From positions 2,480,001 to 2,544,000 of the forward strand of contig CM082598.2 in assembly GCA_040954595.2 (NCBI GenBank): DNA of 64,000 bases. The letters are read 5' to 3'. Every line of letters begins with the position of its first letter. Within the stretch, counting starts at the first letter, position 1. Both the position numbers and the translations under genes were made by a program. Positions 57,007 through 64,000 of the stretch are shown one piece after another. A model generated the notes under the pieces. It was not told the origin of the DNA. It searched no databases and saw nothing but the letters and a program-made list of their open reading frames with translations. Origin of the DNA: Balanoglossus misakiensis (Eukaryota; Animalia; Hemichordata).

Positions 57007-59289
57007 GTAAAGTTGTCATTTATTCGAACGTTCACACGTGGTAGTTTGTTGACAAAAATTTGGTCTGGTTGCACGTACGCGCATGTGTATCTCGTTATTA
57101 AAGTTCATGGACTGGGATCGTCTCCGTTTGTCACAGAAGTTCAAAAAGCTTAATTCTGTCAATTAGATGAAAATTACCGTCTCTCCTAAGCAAAAGTTCA
57201 ATTGAGTGGAGAATATTTTTCCAAAAACTAGAGAATTGTATTTTGTGTGTGTGTAGTATGTGCGTACTTGGCCTGCATGTTATTGTAAACGGTAGGTTGC
57301 ATAGTTTCATGAGCAGGGACTTATTTCAATATTTGCTACATGAATTTCTGCAGCAGGTCTGCGCTCAAATTCCATACTATTGAATTTTACACCGTCTTGT
57401 GGCGTCTAAGGTCTTTGAGTCATTACCATAACAACACCAAATCTCGGTTTTCTACAAATGGGCGTGTCCATATCATGTGGTTGAAACTGGTAGCGTAGCA
57501 TGAAACACAACACACAGATGCATTGCTGGGGGGATTTTAAAATTGATTGTTTTTGATAACATGTTATTTCAAAGTAACTTAAAAATTTTAAGTGTCTATT
57601 ATACTACATTTGTCTTGCAATCTGATCATTTGTTTGGTTCAACGTTTCTAGGTGTCGACCTATACCCGACCCGGATTAATAACAGGGATCAGGTTGAAAC
57701 AATGTACTCTTACCAACTCCTTGAAGACTTCAGACAGGAATTTGGAAATAATTGTTGACTAATGCACAAGGTAGGGCTTTGATAATGTTTTCTGTACACA
57801 AGTTTAAAGTTTATAGCAATGTTAAGATTGTTATTGTACCGGGAGCTTTGGCTGGTACATTCATGGACCACTTCACAGATATGGTATCCGCAATGCATGA
57901 TGGTATAATTTGCGCGACAAGAACGCAAACTGTCCCACAACCCCTTGCGTTATTCTATCTGTGAAGTGGTCTATGTCACGATACCGGTAACTCATGGGAA
58001 AAACTTTGTTAGCAAGCAATTGTAAGTTGACACCCTGCCAGCATTTTGCTTGGGTTGTTAAAGTAACCTGTTAAGTTAAATGCTCTACGGCTGTTAAAAT
58101 ACGTGTTGTAACTTTTTCGGCCTAAAGCCACCATATGGTGGTGCGGTTCTCCTTTAGTGATAGGTGATTGTGGTACAGACAGACAAGTTATACACATTAC
58201 CCATGTTCAATTATACGTTAGATATGGTTTATTGAATTTCCTCTGGGTTGAAAACAACTGACAGTATCACCTAATGCGAATTAGGCCACAGTTGGCAATG
58301 GAACATCGCGATGTAGCCAATCACAGATTTTCAGTTGGTGCTTCACCACATAGTCATTTGGAGACTTAGACACGCCGTTTTGTCTATATAGTCTGCATCT
58401 TGTCAATGTGTGGCAAAACATCTTATTGGCTGATATCCATCTGCAGGTTCACTTTGGCAACATCAGTGGAAGTGCTCATGTTCAGATGGATGCGCCTATA
58501 ATTATACAGATCTTGTCAAGTCAAACTGGTCAGCCGATGGACTTCCATGGGGATGACCATCCACGTTCAGGGTCTAAGATTTATGACTCTTCACTAAGCC
58601 TTAATGTTACTGAACTACACTGCATATTGCAATGTTTCTTCTCTGTACAAATTTAATTGTATCTTTCATGCAATTGTTACCGTTAAGTTGCCCTGGGTGT
58701 CCTGTGATGGAATTTACATTAAAAATCCTTTATGTCAAATTCATTAACAACAAAATATAGCTAGCAAGCAGCCTCTTTGAAAGCCCTTCTTTAACAATAT
58801 AAAGTGATAGAAGTTGAATACTTTTAACAGTTGTTGTGATCTCTTTGGAGCCCCCAAAACTGTTAAAATAAGGTCTAAAATAATAAATAAATAAATATTG
58901 AGTAAATATATCAATAAATAACATACAACAAAGTACTGGTAAATACATTAACAACAACCAAGCCTTCTATTGAAAGTCAGACATTGATAATTCATGTACC
59001 AGAAATAATTTGTGTAAGAATACTGCTGTTGTGGTTTGCAGCTTGGTTTGTTCGAAATGTCAAGTAATATTCACGGTTAAAGGTCAAGTTTGTAAATGTA
59101 AACAGGCTTCTGCCTTCTTTAGATGTTGTTAACTTCAGATTTGTAATTTATTGTGGGTGTTGACTGTGATTATATGATGCTAGTATTGTAATATTGTTTT
59201 TCTCATTGAGCTTGGATGTCAATTGTCATGATTTAACAAGGAGATCAGCAAATAACTTCAGAAATGTACATTGAAGTGTCTGTTAACTT

Positions 59290-60080
59290 TGGCAAAATCC
59301 ATTAACAACAAAAAGAGCATGAACAACAACCAAACGTTGGAAGTTTGAAATTGCTAATTCATGCAATAATTTGTGTAAGAATACAAATAATTGTGATGCA
59401 GTCCAGGTTGTCCCAAATATAAAGAACGTAATATTAATTGGAACTTGTGTGGCAAATTCATTAACAACAACAAGAACATGTACAACAACCAATTCATTGT
59501 GAAAATGCTACTACTAATAAATAATGCATGCAATAATTAGTGTAATATTAATTGTAACTTGTGTGGCAAATTCATTAACAACAACAAGAACATGGACAAC
59601 AACCAATTCATCGTTAAAATGCTACTACTAATAATAAATAATGCATGCAATAATTAGTGTAATATTAATTGTAACTTGTGTGGCAAATTCATTAACAACA
59701 ACAAGAACATGGACAACAACCAATTCATCGTTAAAATGCTACTACTAATAATAAATAATGTATGCAATAATTAGTGTAATATTAATTGTAACTTGTGTGG
59801 CAAATTCATTAACAACAACAAGATCATGGACAACAACCTATAGTCAGTTAAAATTCTAATAATAATAATAATCAATAATTCATGCAATAATTAGTGTAAT
59901 ATTAATTCTAACGTGTGTGGCAAATTCATTAACAACAACAAGAACATGGTCAACAACCAATAGTTAGTTAAAATGCTTTTAATAATAATTAATAATTCAT
60001 GCAATAATTAGTGTAATATTAATTGTAACTTGTGTGGCAAATTCATTAACAACAACAAGAACATGGACAACAACCAATGC
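59290..60080. repeat. ~117-bp AT-rich tandem repeat (minisatellite), ~5.5 good copies plus degenerate ones
   Basis: GGCAAATTCATTAACAACAACAAGA(A/T)CATG recurs at 59451, 59565, 59682, 59799, 59919 and 60036 (periods 114/117/117/120/117), with a degenerate copy at ~59290. Confidence 0.95.
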
Positions 60081-60597
60081 ATCAGTTAGAAACTGTTGAT
60101 AATGGTCAGTAATTCTTTGATCCTTGTCTGCTGTGGCATTTGCACATCCTGCAGTGTATCATATCTGACTGTATAATTTACATTTGATTATACTTAAAAA
60201 TCTGTACCTCATCCTGTACCATAATTATCCCAAACCATATGGGTGTACCACCATTGTCTTCTAATCTGCCCCCGAAACTGTGTGTACGTTTTGTAGTTGG
60301 TGAATCACTTATCTCAAGAAAACCTCAAATGCGAGAGCTTTTAATTCATTGGAAATACTTAATACATGTATTTCATGTATCGGTTAGTATTTTCCTGTAT
60401 TTAAAAATCTCTGTAAGTAAAGTTTCTGTATAAAATTTGCCTTTCACCATTGGAAACAAACTGTGTGTCTCTTCCTTTATCACTGTGGTTTCTCTTCTCT
60501 AAGTGTTCATTGTGTCCACATGGATTGCCTGTAGTTATAGTGTCGTTGTATTATGTCCTAGTGTAGAAGTAATTCGGTAGTGACGTACGCATCCCTC

Positions 60598-63500
60598 TCA
60601 GGGTTCCACTAGAGGAGCAACATCAGCTGAATCACTTGTGTTTCCATCTGTAGTTGGTGTTGACTGGAAATAGAAGGGAGAGAAATTTCGCGTCAGTGGT
60701 ATAAAGTTCTGTAGACATTCAAAGCATTGAGCAGACAAGCAAGAGATATGATCTGGCTTGCCACAACTGAAACATACCAAGTAGTGTTTTCTAAATTACA
60801 CTATTTTATTTTTGTTAAGTGGCTAGAGGTTTAACATACCTGTACCTCGCCCATGTCACCATGGTTTTTCAGAGCCCTCTTCATGGCGTAGAAGATAAGA
60901 AATCCAATTATAACAATGGGGACACACAATGATACGATGATTAGAATATATCGTGTAAGAGCTTTATCAGCAGCTGAAACCAAAAAATAAAAACAATAGG
61001 ATATTTTACCTGCCTTTGGTAGATGCGAAACGTACTGCACCAAAATTATGTTGAACTTACTTAAATTGAAGGTTTAGATGGTACATGTAATTATAATTTC
61101 TTCTCTCTACTTACGTATACATCCTGCTTGATTCAAGGTACAGTCTTCGGCATTACCTATTGTCAAATCAGATAGAAACATGTGTAAATGTGTAAATATC
61201 ATCAGTAATCTCAGGGATTTGCAGCTCTTCTGTTGCAAGGTAGCAATTCTTGTTTGTGTTGATGGAAATAACGAACATTTTCAATACCTGCACAATACCC
61301 GACGGGACAGTCTGTTACGGGTTTCAGTTTATACACAGTGAAGCTTTCACAGGTTTTCACTGCAATATCAATACTCTCATCACAGCAATCCTCGCCACCT
61401 GCAAAATAAATTTTGAATGACTTTTTTAGCCATAAGCTTACCTTAAAAAATAAATAGAAACAATTCTCATAAAACACGGTCTTCTAACATTTTAACAGAC
61501 ATTTTGAGTGTTGCATTCCTAAGTTGCATATGACCATACACTCAGGATTAAAGTAAGCTGTACTGGTTTAGGTGTAAAAATTCATAACACAAACCTTTGT
61601 TGATACATCCCTTAACGATAGTGATGTTATCGTAGGTCTTATTATTTCCATCCAGCCATACTGGATAGTGAGTTCCACACATGCCAATATCCATGCACTG
61701 TGAGGGTATCTCGTTGCTTCCGTCACCGATAAACCGGTACCATCCCTCCTCTAAATCATCATCGCAGATCAGATCAGTCACGTTCCGAAACTGCAATGGA
61801 CTTTGGAGTGTCTTCCTGTTGTTTGCGTCAATTTCTGTGTACACGTTCTCTGTGCATGGATCTTCTGTAAAAGTGGAAGAAAGTAAACTGTACTGTTACC
61901 AGGGTCTTCAGTTTATTTAAGCACTAGCATGTGGGGCATGTGAATTTATTAAGTAAGAAATGTTCTTTGACATCAAAGAACAGTCTAGCTGTCTCTGGTG
62001 GTTTCTGTAAATGAAATTCAAACAAAGATATACTAGTGATATACTTACTTTCCAAAACTGTCCGATAAAACATCCCAACTTTATAACGAGGTTTCTTGTG
62101 TCCTTTGTCCTTTGTTGGAACTGCATAAAATAAATATGGATTAAGATTCAATATTTTAAGCTGATTATGAGTTAGAATGTGGATTAGTATGACTACATGT
62201 TCCATTTATTTGTGTGAGCATCTCATTGGTTTTATTGATAAATTTAAGAATTCATTTTGCCTTACCAACTGAGCTAGACACTGTCCCATCATGAAAGTGC
62301 ACGGCGTAGCAGTATGGAAAGTTCGGCTCCCCAAACTTTTCAATATCAGCACCTGTGTCTTTATCTGTCCTGTAGATTTGTGGGTCGTAGTAATGTAACC
62401 AATAGACGTAGTCACCAGCAACAGCCAAGCCATAGGTGTAGGGCACCGGTAAATCAACCAATGTTTCGTGTGATCCCTTGATCAGGTCATAGACTCCAAT
62501 CTGGTAGTAATCACTCCAGTAAAGTTTCCTATCTGTGAAAAACAACAGTACACAAACAATATGGGATATGAATACACAAACATGCCCCACTGATAACCAT
62601 GTTTACTAACTAATTCAATATATTGACAACGGCTTGGCTTAATACGTACCTTTCTTATCCAAAGCAAGTCTGTAGGGATAGTGAAGGCCAGATGTCAAGT
62701 TCTGTCTGTTATTTCCATCCAGATTGCTCTTCTCTATCTTGCCAGGGTAACAATCTGACCAGTAAAGGGTACTACGTAAATGAAATTAATAATAATAATA
62801 ATAATAATAAATAATAATAATAATAATAATAATAAACATGTGCTGTTTTCAAGACAAGGTATTTTTTTTCTCAAAACAATAACAACAACAACAATAATAA
62901 TACTGATACAAACAAAAGCGAGCACCATCCACCATCAGCATTTATCATCAACAGCATCACATTATTGTCATTACTGGAGAACAGCAACAACAACCACATA
63001 TATCACAATGAGAACAACAGGCTGTTGGAGAGCTATTGTTCTCTTTCATTGTGACAAAGTGCTACAATACGTGCCTGTCTTCACTGTCAACCAGGACATC
63101 ATACGGGCAGTTCAGGTCATCTTTAACCATAGACTCTCGATTTCCACCATCAAAATCTGCTCGTTCAATCTCGTGTCCTTCAAAGTCAGACCAGTAAATT
63201 TTTCGGTTCTTGTGATCCAGGGTTAAACCCCATAAGTCTGAAAAGAGATAATTTAGGAACGTATACTTTGTAATCATTCCATAAATGGTTGGGTCGAAAA
63301 ATACATGAGTGATCAGTCTTGTCCACGTCCCAAAGCATAATGCACCAGATGGTAATACATGTAGATGATCAAAATACTGAAAAAAATGGCAAAAACAACA
63401 GTTTATGTAGCTGTCGATAAAATGTTTTATGCAGTCAAATCACTGCATGATATAAGAACCATAGTAATAATTAATTGTGAATGGAAATAGTAATATTTCA

Positions 63501-63807
63501 ATCGCAAATATGATGTGGTTATATACATTGAAAAGGCACATAAATATTGTACCACACTTACATGATATATTATGCGAAATTATGACTTCTCGTCTAGCAC
63601 CATCCAATGCGGCCCTGTTTATTGTGTCAAAGTCCTGGTCAGCCCAGTACACCATGTTATCTACAGTGTCAAAATCGAGCCCGGTAGGCCTGTCGGTCAA
63701 GTCCAAGTTCATAGGTGTGTACTTCAGTGTTGAAGATTGAAGGTCAACTTTCAAAATGTCATGGTGGTAGTAACTTCCCACGAGCAGAAATTGTTCAGAA
63801 TTGTTGC
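60598..63807 (-). CDS. type I membrane protein: YWTD (LDLR class B) beta-propeller + UMOD/GP2/OIT3-type D8C Cys-rich domain + TM (5'-truncated)
   Basis: Exons 63807-63562 (YWAD), 63237-63075 (YWSD; followed by a GC donor), 62771-62650 (YWSD), 62532-62266 (YWSD, YWLH), 62120-62049 (linker), 61864-61595 (CDDDLEEGWYRF..CGTHYPVWLDG), 61398-61288 (CC..VKTC..VYKLKP..C..YCA), 61156-61115, 60973-60840 (TM) and 60663-60598 (TGA). Phases are consistent; the start lies beyond the window. Confidence 0.88.
62788..62835. repeat. (AAT)n microsatellite
   Basis: aataataat run in an intron. Confidence 0.9.
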
Positions 63808-64000
63808 CTGAAATGCAAATCAGATGGTGCAAGTCTTGTGGTAGCACTGACTCGCAAAGTTTGATAGAGTTTTGTATGCCCCCGGCCGCAGTAAAGCAAA
63901 GATTGCGTTGTCATTTCCGATACAGCTGTTGCAAAGATTGATCATTTGGGGGAAAAAACATCTGTGAATTAATTTATATATATGGCAACATTGAGTACGT

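Noticed and set aside
59451-60080. Regularly spaced repeats, CRISPR-like or coding-repeat-like at first sight
   Set aside because: The whole unit is repeated with no unique spacers, the context is eukaryotic with no cas genes, and the peptide-like frame contains stops.

Overview
AT-rich, intron-containing animal genomic DNA; a marine invertebrate is plausible, but the species cannot be determined here. The first 47.5 kb hold a tandem cluster of five nicotinic-acetylcholine-receptor-like (Cys-loop) subunit genes, called A-E here and oriented + + - - +. Gene A is 5'-truncated; B-E were assembled by hand from ATG to stop, with consistent splice phases and the classic 140/45/110-nt exons. None has the loop C vicinal Cys-Cys. 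All five share derived motifs and have remodelled ligand-pocket and pore residues, which suggests a lineage-specific channel family not gated by ACh, possibly chemosensory. Next comes a + strand single-pass receptor made of a mucin-like Thr/Ser ectodomain and a degenerate tyrosine-kinase domain ([11 protein letters not shown]). After it are a possible non-coding spliced transcript, a ~117-bp minisatellite and a 5'-truncated - strand gene encoding a YWTD beta-propeller, a UMOD/GP2-type D8C domain and a TM helix. MITEs, a long hairpin, a possible decayed tyrosine-recombinase element and microsatellites are scattered through the window. All coordinates were read by eye; no database searches were run.
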